A stretch of 37,793 nucleotides of DNA. It comes from Actinomycetota bacterium. GTDB lineage: Bacteria > Actinomycetota > Actinomycetes > S36-B12. The stretch lies in the NCBI GenBank assembly GCA_947472655.1, contig CANJCG010000003.1, forward strand, positions 1 through 37,793, read 5' to 3'. The notes beneath the pieces are model-generated. The model saw only the letters and a list, made by a program, of their open reading frames with translations. It was not told the origin of the DNA and made no database searches. This document shows, piece by piece, positions 10,086 to 20,400 of the stretch. Position 1 is the first letter of the stretch. Each line of letters opens with the position of its first letter. Both the position numbers and the translations under genes were made by a program.

Positions 10086-11873
10086 CTATCCCGCGGTAAG
10101 CAGCAGTCGTGGGGCGGTTTTGCCAGTTGGCGGAATACTGTGAGCCTGCAACGCGTATGTCATCACACGCTTGAATACAGGAGCTGCAATCTGCCCACCG
10201 AACCGACCATTACGCGGATTTACCAAACTGACCGCAACGACAAGTTGTGGATTGTCAGCTGGAGCCATTCCAATAAATGAAGCTACTACTTCGCCGTTAT
10301 AGCAGCGACAATTCGGATCAACATATTGCGCAGTTCCGGTCTTACCGCCTACGCGATAGCCAGGGATCGCAGCCTTAGGTGCAGTGCCGCCTTTACCGAC
10401 CACACCTTCCATCATGAGTCGGACTTGCTTTGCTGTTGAGGCCTTGATGACCTGCACAGCTTTAGGCGTTGGTGTTGGTGTAACTGTTCCATCGGGTGAG
10501 ATCACTGACTGCACTATGCGAGGCGGTACGCGCAATCCATCGTTGGCAATAGTTGCAAATATGCTGGCTGCTTGTAGTGACGTGACTGCCAACCCCTGTC
10601 CAAAGGCAACTGTGGGGAACGTTGTCGGTGACCAATCTTGGTAATCAGGAATTAGTCCGCGGCTTTCGCCAGGCAGACCTGAATCAGTTGATTCACCGAT
10701 TCCGAAAGCCTTGAGATAGGAATTCAATTTCTTGCTGCCAATACGTTCGGAGGCAAGAATCGTGCCCAAGTTGCTGGACTTGGCAAGAACCCCTGCAAGG
10801 GTTAAATGCCATGTTCCGTGCGCAACATCATCATGAAAAACTTTTCCGCCTCGCTTCAAAGTGCCAGGGATTGTGAAGGCGGTGCCTGCATTCGCTGCGC
10901 CTTGGTCAATAACTGCGCTCATTGTCATAACTTTGCTCGTTGAACCCGGCTCATAAACCTCAGAGACCGCACGATTACCGCGCACGGCATCTGAGGAGGA
11001 AGCTGCGGTGTTTGAATCGAAGGTCGGTGCCGTTGCCATCGCCAGAATATGTCCACTTCGCGGATCCAGAACTACAACAGTTCCGCTATCAGCGCGAGCC
11101 GATAACACCTGCCGCGCGATCTGTCGCTGAGCAACTAACTGAATGTCGCGATCGATCGTGAGCTGCACGTTTGAACCTTGTACAGAATCAGTGCTGGATA
11201 CATCACCTGTCGTGATGATTCGGTTACCTGAACCGCGCTCATAAGTTTTCGTTCCTGCTTTGCCAGCGAGCAAAGTCTGCATGCTTGATTCAATCCCACC
11301 CAGGCCCTTGCCGTCTGCGCCAACAAAACCAACCACGTTGGCTGCCAACTCTCCACCAGGATAAATACGGCGTTGAGTTTCTTCGCTGAAAATACCAGGC
11401 AACCTCAGCGCTTCGATTTCACGCCAGGTTGTTGGAGAAAGACCTTTTGCGATGTACATATACCGTCGCGTGCCCGTGAGTCGGTTAGCAAGAATTCCAG
11501 GATCAACGCCAAGAATCGGCGCAAGGGCGGCTCCGACTGCCGCTGGGTCAGTCACCAGCGTTTGATCAGCCGTGACATCACGAGCTTCTACAGTGGTAGC
11601 CATTGGCTGGCCAGTAGCGTCCAAAATACTGCCACGAATTGCTGGGATTGATAGCGTTTTGATTCGTTGATTTAAGGCCTGTGCTGCCAGATCAGACCCT
11701 TTGAAGACTTGCAAGTCAACGAGTCGCACCGCGAATAACGAAAAGGCGATCGTGGTGATGATCAGCAAGATCATCCCTCGCCTACCTCGATGACCAGTGC
11801 GCACCTGACGACGGTAGTTGCTCGGAGGTCCAGATTTGCGCTGCTGGCGCGGTGGGGCGACCAATTGCTTCAC
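10086..11873 (-). CDS. ftsI: Class B penicillin-binding protein (PBP3/FtsI)
   Basis: N-terminal TM; RGSILD; SxxK (EPGSTSK), SxN (KSSN) and KTG (GKTGTAQ) motifs. Confidence 0.95.
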   Translation of the reverse strand: MKQLVAPPRQQRKSGPPSNYRRQVRTGHRGRRGMILLIITTIAFSLFAVRLVDLQVFKGSDLAAQALNQRIKTLSIPAIRGSILDATGQPMATTVEARDVTADQTLVTDPAAVGAALAPILGVDPGILANRLTGTRRYMYIAKGLSPTTWREIEALRLPGIFSEETQRRIYPGGELAANVVGFVGADGKGLGGIESSMQTLLAGKAGTKTYERGSGNRIITTGDVSSTDSVQGSNVQLTIDRDIQLVAQRQIARQVLSARADSGTVVVLDPRSGHILAMATAPTFDSNTAASSSDAVRGNRAVSEVYEPGSTSKVMTMSAVIDQGAANAGTAFTIPGTLKRGGKVFHDDVAHGTWHLTLAGVLAKSSNLGTILASERIGSKKLNSYLKAFGIGESTDSGLPGESRGLIPDYQDWSPTTFPTVAFGQGLAVTSLQAASIFATIANDGLRVPPRIVQSVISPDGTVTPTPTPKAVQVIKASTAKQVRLMMEGVVGKGGTAPKAAIPGYRVGGKTGTAQYVDPNCRCYNGEVVASFIGMAPADNPQLVVAVSLVNPRNGRFGGQIAAPVFKRVMTYALQAHSIPPTGKTAPRLLLTAG

Positions 11874-11878
11874 GATCG

Positions 11879-12580
11879 CTACCGAACCGGAACAGCTACG
11901 AGACCTGCGTCACCCGAGCCGACGTTGCCAACCTGGATGGGCACTTCTTGCCAGAGTGAATCCTCACTCTTTTTTGCGCCTTTCGCCTTGGCCGCTGCTG
12001 CATCCGTTTTGGCTGGATCGTAATTAGGTCCTGGAACAGCTCGCTCACCAAGCGCACCGTTGTCTACTGCTTCACTAGCCGTCGCGTTTGCCGCAAGATT
12101 CAGTGGCACTCCGTCGCCAACGGCTGCCCGAGGCTTTCCAAGAACTGTGCCGTCAGGAACGCGCAAAAAAACTGGATTCTGGCTTGCCACCATGCCTAGA
12201 TCGTGCGCCATGTTCGCTAAGGATTCTGGTGCCGCTGCATTAGCTACTTGCTCACTCAAAACTGCTTCTTGTTCGCTCAAAGTGTTGAGCTGTGATTTCA
12301 ACGAACTCATCGCGAATGAGCCTTGTGCAAGTTGGGTGTTGATCACGAGCATCGCGCCAAGCCCAACGACAAGCAGAACACCAACGACGATCGCGAATGT
12401 TCCGCGACTTGCCTTAACCGGACGAAGAGGGGAAACCAATCTAAGATTTGGACGATCTTCATTTCGAGCAACCGCACCGCGAGTTGCATACTCAGTTACT
12501 TCTGCAGCAAGTGCTGTTGCGCCAGCCACCGCGCCGTGGAATGCGCGGCCAGCAAATTCACGTGGGGTCTGCCGACTCAT
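11879..12580 (-). CDS. ftsL: FtsL-like bitopic cell division protein
   Basis: Between rsmH and ftsI; one TM helix, then a leucine heptad coiled coil and [11 protein letters not shown]. Confidence 0.75.
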   Translation of the reverse strand: MSRQTPREFAGRAFHGAVAGATALAAEVTEYATRGAVARNEDRPNLRLVSPLRPVKASRGTFAIVVGVLLVVGLGAMLVINTQLAQGSFAMSSLKSQLNTLSEQEAVLSEQVANAAAPESLANMAHDLGMVASQNPVFLRVPDGTVLGKPRAAVGDGVPLNLAANATASEAVDNGALGERAVPGPNYDPAKTDAAAAKAKGAKKSEDSLWQEVPIQVGNVGSGDAGLVAVPVR

Positions 12581-13518
12581 GCTGCCACCCGCTCAAGTGC
12601 ACGAACTCGAACTGATGCAGAGCGCGGATTCTCATCCAACTCTTGTTCGGTTGGGGTTTCGGCTCCACGAGTCAGAAGTCGCAGTTTTGGTTGGTGCTCG
12701 GCTGGGATCACAGGCATGCCATGGGGCACCTTTGCTGTGGTCTGCTCCGTAAAAACCTGCTTTACGAAGCGGTCTTCGAGTGACTGGTACGACATCACAA
12801 CGAGTCGACCGTCAACCGCTAGTGCTTGGATCGCAGCAGGGATAGCTGAACGCAGGGAATCGAGTTCACCGTTGACTTCAATACGAAGCGCTTGGAAGGT
12901 GCGCTTTGCCGGGTTGCCACCAGTACGTCGAGTAGCTGCCGGAATGGCTTCGCGCACGAGTTCAACAAGACGAGCAGAATTCGTGAAGGGTGCATCTTCG
13001 CGGGCAGCCACAATGCGTCGAGCAATTCGCATTGCGAACTTTTCATCGCCGTATTCGCGGAGCACATCGGCTAGTTGTCCTGCACCATACGTATTAACAA
13101 CATCTGCTGCCGTGATTCCGCGTGATTGATCCATCCGCATGTCAAGGGGCGCATCTTGCGAATAAGAAAACCCGCGATCGCGCAGATCAAGTTGCATAGA
13201 GGAAACTCCGAGGTCGAACAAGATACCTTGGACGGAAGAAAACCCAAGCTCTGCAAGGACTTCTGGCAATTCGTCATAAACAGCGTGCACGAGATTTGCC
13301 CGATCACCGAATGGCGCTAATCGCTGACGCGACTTCTCAAGAGCATCTGTATCGCGATCGAGTCCGATGAGGCGAAGTCCTGGGAATTCAGTGAGTGCGT
13401 ACTCAGCGTGACCACCTAGACCAAGAGTCGCATCAACTAAAATTGCATCGGGTGTGCTGATCGCTGGTGCGAGAAGTGCGAATACGCGCTCGCGCATGAC
13501 TGGGATATGGATGCTCAT
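12577..13518 (-). CDS. rsmH: 16S rRNA m4C1402 methyltransferase RsmH (MraW)
   Basis: [36 protein letters not shown] and NPRSAS motifs. Confidence 0.97.
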   Translation of the reverse strand: MSIHIPVMRERVFALLAPAISTPDAILVDATLGLGGHAEYALTEFPGLRLIGLDRDTDALEKSRQRLAPFGDRANLVHAVYDELPEVLAELGFSSVQGILFDLGVSSMQLDLRDRGFSYSQDAPLDMRMDQSRGITAADVVNTYGAGQLADVLREYGDEKFAMRIARRIVAAREDAPFTNSARLVELVREAIPAATRRTGGNPAKRTFQALRIEVNGELDSLRSAIPAAIQALAVDGRLVVMSYQSLEDRFVKQVFTEQTTAKVPHGMPVIPAEHQPKLRLLTRGAETPTEQELDENPRSASVRVRALERVAA

Positions 13519-13667
13519 GAACTCAAGCCATCAACAATCGCAGAGATCGCTGCCAACGTTAGTGCGGTGAAACTTCCGGCCACGATAAGGAGTCCAAACG
13601 CGCGAGCACCGTGACGAGCGGCATGGCTGTCAACCATGTCCGTCAGGGTGTTCGTTGGCGTTGTCAT
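13515..13667 (-). CDS. Unannotated 50-aa small membrane protein, translationally coupled to rsmH
   Basis: SD GAAAGGAAG just before ATG 13667; [50 protein letters not shown]; hydrophobic stretch at residues 23-45; stop TGA overlaps the rsmH ATG (ATGA). Confidence 0.7.
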   Translation of the reverse strand: MTTPTNTLTDMVDSHAARHGARAFGLLIVAGSFTALTLAAISAIVDGLSS

Positions 13668-13726
13668 GACTTCCTTTCGTGTGGTGCACGGTTCGCGGTC
13701 AAAGAAGGTGTTGTACGCATTCGGGT

Positions 13727-13810
13727 GATCAGGTCCCCGCCCGTCCCTTGCTTCTCCAGGCTCCGGGGAAGTGAGTCAGGAACAGTTCAGCAACGGGAGG
13801 AGGCCTCACC
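13727..13810 (-). ncRNA. mraW RNA motif-like structured element (boundaries approximate)
   Basis: In the mraZ-rsmH intergenic region; minus-strand stem UCCC(G)UUGCU/AGCAAGGGA encloses a hairpin with loop ACUUCCCCG complementary to downstream GGGGAC; position and CUUCCCC/GGGGAC pattern resemble the actinobacterial mraW motif as I recall it. Confidence 0.7.
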
Positions 13811-13816
13811 ACTCGA

Positions 13817-14248
13817 TTACAAAATTCCGGGAACAACCTCCTCGCTGATGTCCGAGTAGGCGTCTTCTTGGCTAGCCAGGTAGCTCTCCCATGCGGAGGC
13901 ATCCCAGATTTCTACGGTGGTGCCATTACCGACCACCACAACATCTCGATCAAGTCCGGCATATTCACGAAGGGCGGCGGGGAGCGTCACTCGACCCTGC
14001 TTATCTGGCACTTCGTCAAAAGCTCCGGAGAAAAGCACACGCAGATAGGCGCGGACTTTGGCATCAGAGCGAGAAGCTTCATTGAGGCGATCAGCGTGAT
14101 CAGCGAATTCAGCAGCTGGCCAGACCACTATCGAGCGATCTTGGCCCTTGGCCATCACTAAACCAGCCGCGAATCCCTCACGGAACTTTGCTGGTAGGAC
14201 AAGCCGACCTTTGTCATCAATACGGGGGGCATGCGTACCTAGAAACAT
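13817..14248 (-). CDS. mraZ: Transcriptional regulator MraZ
   Basis: MFLGTHAPRIDDKGRLVLPAKFR and second repeat DKQGRVTLP...VEIWD; SD GGGGAGGT. Confidence 0.97.
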   Translation of the reverse strand: MFLGTHAPRIDDKGRLVLPAKFREGFAAGLVMAKGQDRSIVVWPAAEFADHADRLNEASRSDAKVRAYLRVLFSGAFDEVPDKQGRVTLPAALREYAGLDRDVVVVGNGTTVEIWDASAWESYLASQEDAYSDISEEVVPGIL

Positions 14249-14314
14249 CGCTCGACCTCCCCTAATCCAGATGAATCACTTCCGACCCATCAACCGCACT
14301 GGCCTCTTCTTTAA

Positions 14315-14360
14315 CTCCAGCAGACGCCACTCTACTCCACTTTCCTCCACCGTCAACCAT
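14315..14360 (-). promoter_or_regulatory. MraZ-binding direct repeats (GTGG boxes, 10-bp period)
   Basis: Minus strand ATGGTTGACG-GTGGAGGAAA-GTGGAGTAGA-GTGGCGTCTG-CTGGAG upstream of mraZ. Confidence 0.8.
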
Positions 14361-14458
14361 TTAACCCGGGCAATTTGGGAAATCACTCCACTCAATTCCT
14401 TGCCTCGTCGCCCCACGATCTGGCCTAGAGTGCTGACACCAACAAAAAGAGGCCTTCG

Positions 14459-15703
14459 ATGAAAAAAGCACTACTCGCTCTAGGGGCAGTAGCACTGAGT
14501 GCGGTGCTACTCGCGGTCGCCCTTATCGGGGCAAATCAACACACGGCGGATGAAGCTCAGGCAGCGGTCGCGCCCTTTTATGAGACCCCAGCAAACCTGC
14601 CTTCGACCCCTGGCACCCTGATTCGAACCGAGCCTCTTGGCGTTGTGGTGCCAGGTGCGATGACCTACCGAATGCTCTATTCCTCACAGCGACCTGACGG
14701 ATCTATTGCCGTGTCGAGCGGGATGCTGTTTGTGCCCACAGCTCCAGCCCCAGCCGGCGGCCGGCCAATCGTTGCGTGGGCTCACGGCACAATCGGTCAA
14801 GGCGACTCCTGTGCGCCATCGCGCCCAGGAAATTCCCTCAATGACACAGCGAACTGGCTGAATCAAATGATCTCGTTGGGCTGGGTTGTTACTGCCACCG
14901 ATTACACCGGGCTGGGAACTGCGGGCCCGAACCTGTATCTGGTTGCCAAAGCTGAAGTCAGTGACGTAGTGAACTCTGTGCGAGCAGCTCGTCAACTTCC
15001 AGGCATCAAAGCGAGCAACCGTTATGTGGTGTGGGGTCACTCTCAAGGTGGCCATAGCTCTCTGTGGTCTGGTCACCTTGCACCGAAACTCGCACCAGAA
15101 CTGAAACTTCTTGGCGTTGCTGCCGCAGCACCTGCCGCAAATCTCAACTTGATTGTGGGCGCGCAGTGGAGCGGCCTCATCGGTTGGGGAATCGGACCAG
15201 AGGTTGCTGACTCTTGGCCACTTGTGAATCCCGCATTAAAGTTGCAGGGTGTGGTTTCAGAAGCAGGAATAAACAACGTTGATTCCATTGCGCAAGAGTG
15301 CTTGAGCAGCAAGAAGTTACTTGTGCAACTCCTTGTTCGAAAGGCTTTGGGACAAAGCTTCTTCGAAGTGAATCCAACCAGTAATCCACTGTGGAAGGCC
15401 ATGGGCGAACGGGAAACACCGCCACCATTGCCTGCTTCCATGCCTGCCTTTGTTGGCCAAAGCACTGCAGATGAAGTTGTGCTTGCCTGGCCAAATGCGG
15501 TCCTGCAAAACCAATGGTGCAAAGCTGGTTCAACCATCAGCACACTTTGGGTTGGTGAAGTGTCACACCAATTGACAGCAGAGACCATCGGTCCAGATGT
15601 AGTGCGGTGGATTAATGATCGATTCGCCGGACGTCCAGCACTACGAACCTGTGATCTTGCGCCGCCAGTGAGTCCGCCGGTGAACTCACCTGCGGGAAGT
15701 TAA
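14459..15703 (+). CDS. Secreted lipase (LIP family alpha/beta hydrolase)
   Basis: N-terminal signal/TM; VAWAHGT, TATDYTGLG, nucleophile elbow GHSQGG, candidate Asp (ADEVV) and His (VSHQ). Confidence 0.85.
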   Translation: MKKALLALGAVALSAVLLAVALIGANQHTADEAQAAVAPFYETPANLPSTPGTLIRTEPLGVVVPGAMTYRMLYSSQRPDGSIAVSSGMLFVPTAPAPAGGRPIVAWAHGTIGQGDSCAPSRPGNSLNDTANWLNQMISLGWVVTATDYTGLGTAGPNLYLVAKAEVSDVVNSVRAARQLPGIKASNRYVVWGHSQGGHSSLWSGHLAPKLAPELKLLGVAAAAPAANLNLIVGAQWSGLIGWGIGPEVADSWPLVNPALKLQGVVSEAGINNVDSIAQECLSSKKLLVQLLVRKALGQSFFEVNPTSNPLWKAMGERETPPPLPASMPAFVGQSTADEVVLAWPNAVLQNQWCKAGSTISTLWVGEVSHQLTAETIGPDVVRWINDRFAGRPALRTCDLAPPVSPPVNSPAGS

Positions 15704-15706
15704 CTG

Positions 15707-16093
15707 CTACTCGTCTCCTTGGCGCTTGCGCCAGCGATCTTCGACACGATCCATGAATGAGGTCTTCGGCGCATTGGGTTTAGGTGAACTGCCCGCATTT
15801 CCAGCATTGGGATCAACGACTACAGCTGGAGTCTTAAAAGCGGAATACACCAGCACCGCACCGATCAACATCACTGCAAAACCAACGATGCCAACGAGGG
15901 TCGCTTGTAGAGCCATCGCCGTAACGAGCAAAGCAATACCACCGAAAGCAACCAAGACACCTAAAGCCGCTTTGCCCCGTGATGCGCGAGCTAGGGATGC
16001 TGAGCGCAGACTGGTAGCGAACTTTGGATCCTCGGCATAGAGCGCGCGCTCCATTTGCTCGAGCAGGCGCTGTTCGTGCTCTGACAACGGCAT
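15707..16093 (-). CDS. DUF3040-family membrane protein
   Basis: MPLSEHEQRLLEQMERALYAEDPKFA, two TM helices, C-terminal FMDRVEDRWRKR; SD AAGGGGAG. Confidence 0.9.
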   Translation of the reverse strand: MPLSEHEQRLLEQMERALYAEDPKFATSLRSASLARASRGKAALGVLVAFGGIALLVTAMALQATLVGIVGFAVMLIGAVLVYSAFKTPAVVVDPNAGNAGSSPKPNAPKTSFMDRVEDRWRKRQGDE

Positions 16094-16187
16094 CTGAACG
16101 ACTCCCCTTCTTCGCTAGGTAGGTACAAGTTTAGGCGCAATTCCTTAAATTCGATACCTCAGCCTCATTATGACTAATTTTTCGTCG

Positions 16188-17426
16188 CTATTCGCCCTCG
16201 GGCGTGACTAATCGGGCAGATCTGACCGCCTTTGGTCCGAATCTGACCCGTAACTGATCGATGGCTACTTCAGCATCTCGGCGCCCGTGCTCTGGCTCCC
16301 CCAGGAGTAACTGTTGAGCCGCACCTGCGCTTGCCTGCAAGCCATCTAGTCGAACGCCAACGAGGCGCACCCGGGCCCGCTGCAACCCAAGGGCATCAAA
16401 GAGTTGCTTGGCCGTGGTGTAAATCTCTTGGGTGACATCGGTGGACTCACTCAACGTTTTAGAACGAGTGATAGTGCTGAAATCAGAAAAACGCACTTTG
16501 AGATGCACACTGCGTGCAACCCGATCCGACTTACGTAGTCGGCTACCCACTTGATCACTGAGTTGCATCAGATGTGCGTGAATCGTTGGCGCATCCTCGA
16601 GATCGTCGACAAAAGTTTCTTCTGCACTAATGCTCTTATCTGGCACGTGCGCAGTAACCGAACGCTGATCCCGGCCCCAAGACAAGTCGTGAAGATGCGC
16701 GCCTGCAGCTACGCCAACTGCCCTCTGCAACGTAGCAAGTGGGGTGTGTGCGATATCTGCAACGGTAGTCAAGCCCAAACGTGTGAGTTGCTCTTCAGTC
16801 TTCTCGCCTACTCCCCATAATGCACCAACGGGCAAGGGATGCAAGAAGGCTAAAACCTCTTGAACTGGAACCACCATGAGCCCATCAGGCTTAGCTCGAG
16901 TTGACGCTAACTTCGCAATGAATTTTGTTGATGCAACTCCGACTGAACACGTGATTCCCTGCTCGTCGTGAACACGCGCTCGAATCATTTCACCGATTTC
17001 AGTTGGACTACCAAGACGTCGCAAACTCCCGCTGATATCAAGGAAGGCTTCGTCAACACTTAAGGGTTCAACTGCCGGAGTGACCGATGAGAAAAGTTCC
17101 ATGATCGACCGACTCACTTCTGCGTACTTGTGATGTGACGGCGTGATGACAACGGCAGTAGGCGCAAGTCGGCGGGCTCGACTCATTGGCATCGCCGAAT
17201 GCACGCCCATAGCTCGCGCTTCATATGTTGCTGAGAGCACTACGCCACGGGAACCGCCCGCGCCAATAATCACCGGCTTGCCGTGCAGTTCTGGCCTTGT
17301 GCGCAACTCAACTAATGCAAAGAATGCGTCCATATCAACATGCAAAATTGTGCAGCCAGCATCGTCATTGCCCACGCCGGATGTACCGACCGAGCGACGT
17401 ACCTGATTACGACTCACACTGACCAT
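16188..17426 (-). CDS. dinB: DNA polymerase IV (Y family), catalytic residues intact
   Basis: ILHVDMDAFF, SATYEAR, PLSVDEAFLD, AKLAS...KPDG, little finger (LKVRFSDFSTITRS, VRLVGVR); SD GGGGAG. Confidence 0.95.
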   Translation of the reverse strand: MVSVSRNQVRRSVGTSGVGNDDAGCTILHVDMDAFFALVELRTRPELHGKPVIIGAGGSRGVVLSATYEARAMGVHSAMPMSRARRLAPTAVVITPSHHKYAEVSRSIMELFSSVTPAVEPLSVDEAFLDISGSLRRLGSPTEIGEMIRARVHDEQGITCSVGVASTKFIAKLASTRAKPDGLMVVPVQEVLAFLHPLPVGALWGVGEKTEEQLTRLGLTTVADIAHTPLATLQRAVGVAAGAHLHDLSWGRDQRSVTAHVPDKSISAEETFVDDLEDAPTIHAHLMQLSDQVGSRLRKSDRVARSVHLKVRFSDFSTITRSKTLSESTDVTQEIYTTAKQLFDALGLQRARVRLVGVRLDGLQASAGAAQQLLLGEPEHGRRDAEVAIDQLRVRFGPKAVRSARLVTPEGE

Positions 17427-17441
17427 TGTTGCGCTCCCCTG

Positions 17442-20400
17442 CTACCAACCGCTGCTACCTGGACTGCTGTGCCACAACTTTGTGACTGGACCTGCCGGTA
17501 CGACATCGGCGTAAGGGGAAACCCGGAAACCGCTGGCATGCACTAATACCCGAGAGCCTGTGGCATCGACCCCAACCGGCCGGTCACTTATCAATGTCTG
17601 ACGAACCGCATCTGTGCCTGACGTGCGCCAGTGCTCGTGCACCGCACCCAGTTCCCATGCTCCTGTAGCCCGAATTGAGACGCCTCGCGGGCCAGTTCGA
17701 CGAACATGTCCACGCACGAGCAATAGCCAAGAGGAAAAGACCGTACTGGCGTATGGCACTTGGAAATCTTCGAAGAAAGTGGCATCAAGCGGACCTGTGG
17801 CGTCGTCAAGGGTTAAAAAAATGACGCGCTTACCGGTACGAATTGGCGGAGTTTGGGTGGCGACCTTCACTCCTGCGATGTAGATCTCTTGCTCAGAGCG
17901 GCAATTCAATAATTGCTCAGCGCGCGTGATCCCTAGCTGTGTAAGCATCGGCCTGAAGAACTCAATGACATGTTTACTCACATCAAGGCCGAGAAGATCC
18001 AACTCAGCACGCACTGACTCGCCGATAGTCATCTCTGGTAACCCAGATGCCGGAGTGGTTGCTGGGTCATCGCCTAGGTCAAGAAGTAACTGACCTGGGC
18101 CATCACCTCGCGGACGCCTACCAAGATCCGCAAGCTGCAATAACAGATCTCGACGAGTGAGGTGTCCGCGTTCGCGCACTGATCGGTTGCGGTCGATGTC
18201 ATATAAATGATCAAAGGCACCTGTCAGGACGAGATGCTCTGCTGTGGGGCGTGCAATTCCCGAACGGTTCCACGCATCACTTAAGGATTGATACGGCTGG
18301 CCAGCAACCAGTCGTTTAACTTCATCCGCATTGATGCCTTTGACTTCAACAAAAGGGACACGCACGCCTTCTCCGGTTGGCGTTGACTCGACTTCATATA
18401 CCTGTGTAGAACGATTAATATCAATACCAAGAATTTCTACCCCAAAATGTCGGGCATCATCAAGGATGAGTCGCTTGGGATACATCCCCGGATCGTGGGT
18501 AAGGATGCCGGCATAAAACGCGGCTGGGTGATGAGTTTTCAGCCAGGCTGATTGATACGTCGGCAGTGCAAAAGCTGCTGCATGGGCTTTACAAAAACCA
18601 AATGACGCGAAGGAACGCAAGACATCCCAGACTTTTTCCACAACCTCTAAGGAGTATCCGCGCCGTAGCGCCGTGGGATAAAACCAGGTGCGCACATCGT
18701 CAATACCTAGGTGAGTATTCATCGAACGACGAGTCTCATCGGCTTCAGCGAGCGAACATCCCGTCATCACCGAAACGATGCGCATCACTTGTTCATGAAA
18801 GACAACGACACCTTGGGTTTCTTCCAGAATTGGGCGTAGATCCTCGTGCACAAACTGCGGTGCGCACCAGCCTTGCCGAGCACGCAAGAATGGATTAATC
18901 ATGTCTGACTTCACCGGGCCTGGGCGAAATAACGAGATATCAATAATGAGATCGTTAAACGTTTCAGGGCCAAACTTGCCGATAAGTTCGCGCTGACCGG
19001 GTGACTCGATCTGAAAACAGCCCAGAGTTCGAGTTGAAGCAATCAACTCATAGGTTGCTGGATCGTCAAGTGGCACATGCTGAAGTGCGAGTGTGACTCC
19101 CTTGGTGCGCTGGACCTCTGACACCGTGTGTGCAATTGATGACTGCATTCGCACACCCAACACATCAAGCTTGAGTAATCCCATGTGCTCGACATCGTCT
19201 TTATCAAACTGACTCATGGGGTAACCCGCATTACTGGATTGCACTGGAGTGCGATCAAGAAGAGATACGTCAGAAAGCAATACGCCGCATGGATGCATCG
19301 CGATATGACGAGGCAAGCCATCGAGTGCTTCAACACGAGCAAGGAAACTATCCAGTTTGCCTTGCGCTGCCATCACCCCAAACCGACTGCGTTTGAGCTC
19401 GGGTAGATCATCGAGAGCTGCTCGAGCATTACGGGCACGAATATGCGGAAACGCTTTAGCGAACGAGTCGATCTCATCAGCAGGTAAACCAAAGGCCGCG
19501 CCTACATCACGAATGGCATGCCGTACGCGATAGGTCTCCATCATGGAAACGCACGCCACCCGCTTGTCGCCGAACCGTTCAAAGATCCAGTCGTAAATTT
19601 CAAGGCGGCGATCAGATTCAACATCAATATCAATATCCGGTAATTCCTTACGCAAGGTCGACAGGAACCTTTCCATAAGCAATCCGTGCGAAAGCGGATC
19701 AACTCCGCTGATGCCAAGCAAGTAATTCACCAAACTTCCTGCACCTGAGCCTCTCGCGGCAACACGCACTTTGCGGCTCGTAACAAGATCAACAACTTCA
19801 GCAACCGTAAGAAAGAATCCGGCAAAACCCAAAGCACCAATCGTTCGCAACTCTTCTTCGAGACGAATACCAGCGGTTTGTTGATCAGCCGTAGACGAAT
19901 ACCGCTGCGAGATTGCAAGGTGACACCGCGTTGCAAGCAGCGCTTGGGCTTGTTGTACTTCATTGCTTGAATCCGCAGCCGTAGCTCCAGTCAAAACATC
20001 AAGTTCGGGAACAAAAGCCTGTCCCAGACCCAAATCATTTTCTGGGTCAAGCGCGCAACTTTCAATCAGGGTCCAGGTATCTCGATGCAAGGTAGAACGT
20101 GCAATTCCAGCAGCCTGAGCAATCTCTTGAACTCTTGCATCAAGTGCTTGTGGGCTATCCAAGATCGCCTCGCCGTTGTTACCCACCACTCGCGATGAAC
20201 TCAACGGCACTAGTTGGCGTGCAGCATCCAATACGTCTGCAGTGGCTGCATCTGCTGCTTCCAAATATCTCGCACCGTGACTCAACACCACTCGTACGTG
20301 ATGTTCGCGCGCCCAACGCCACATCGCGGCGGCCTGACTTGTGGACCAGACAGCCTTGTGATCAGTGCGATGACTTCCAATCGCAATCGCAAGACTTGGG

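Noticed and set aside
12060-13129. Long plus-strand ORFs 12060-12752 and 12323-13129
   Set aside because: Antisense shadows of ftsL-like and rsmH; Ser/Thr/Arg-rich with no recognisable motifs
13611-13859. 82-aa plus-strand ORF in the mraZ-rsmH gap
   Set aside because: Antisense to the dcw transcript, overlapping the mraW RNA and mraZ end; the minus-strand 50-aa ORF has far better signals
1-14248. Absence of ftsA, ddl and murB from the dcw cluster
   Set aside because: Normal for Actinomycetota
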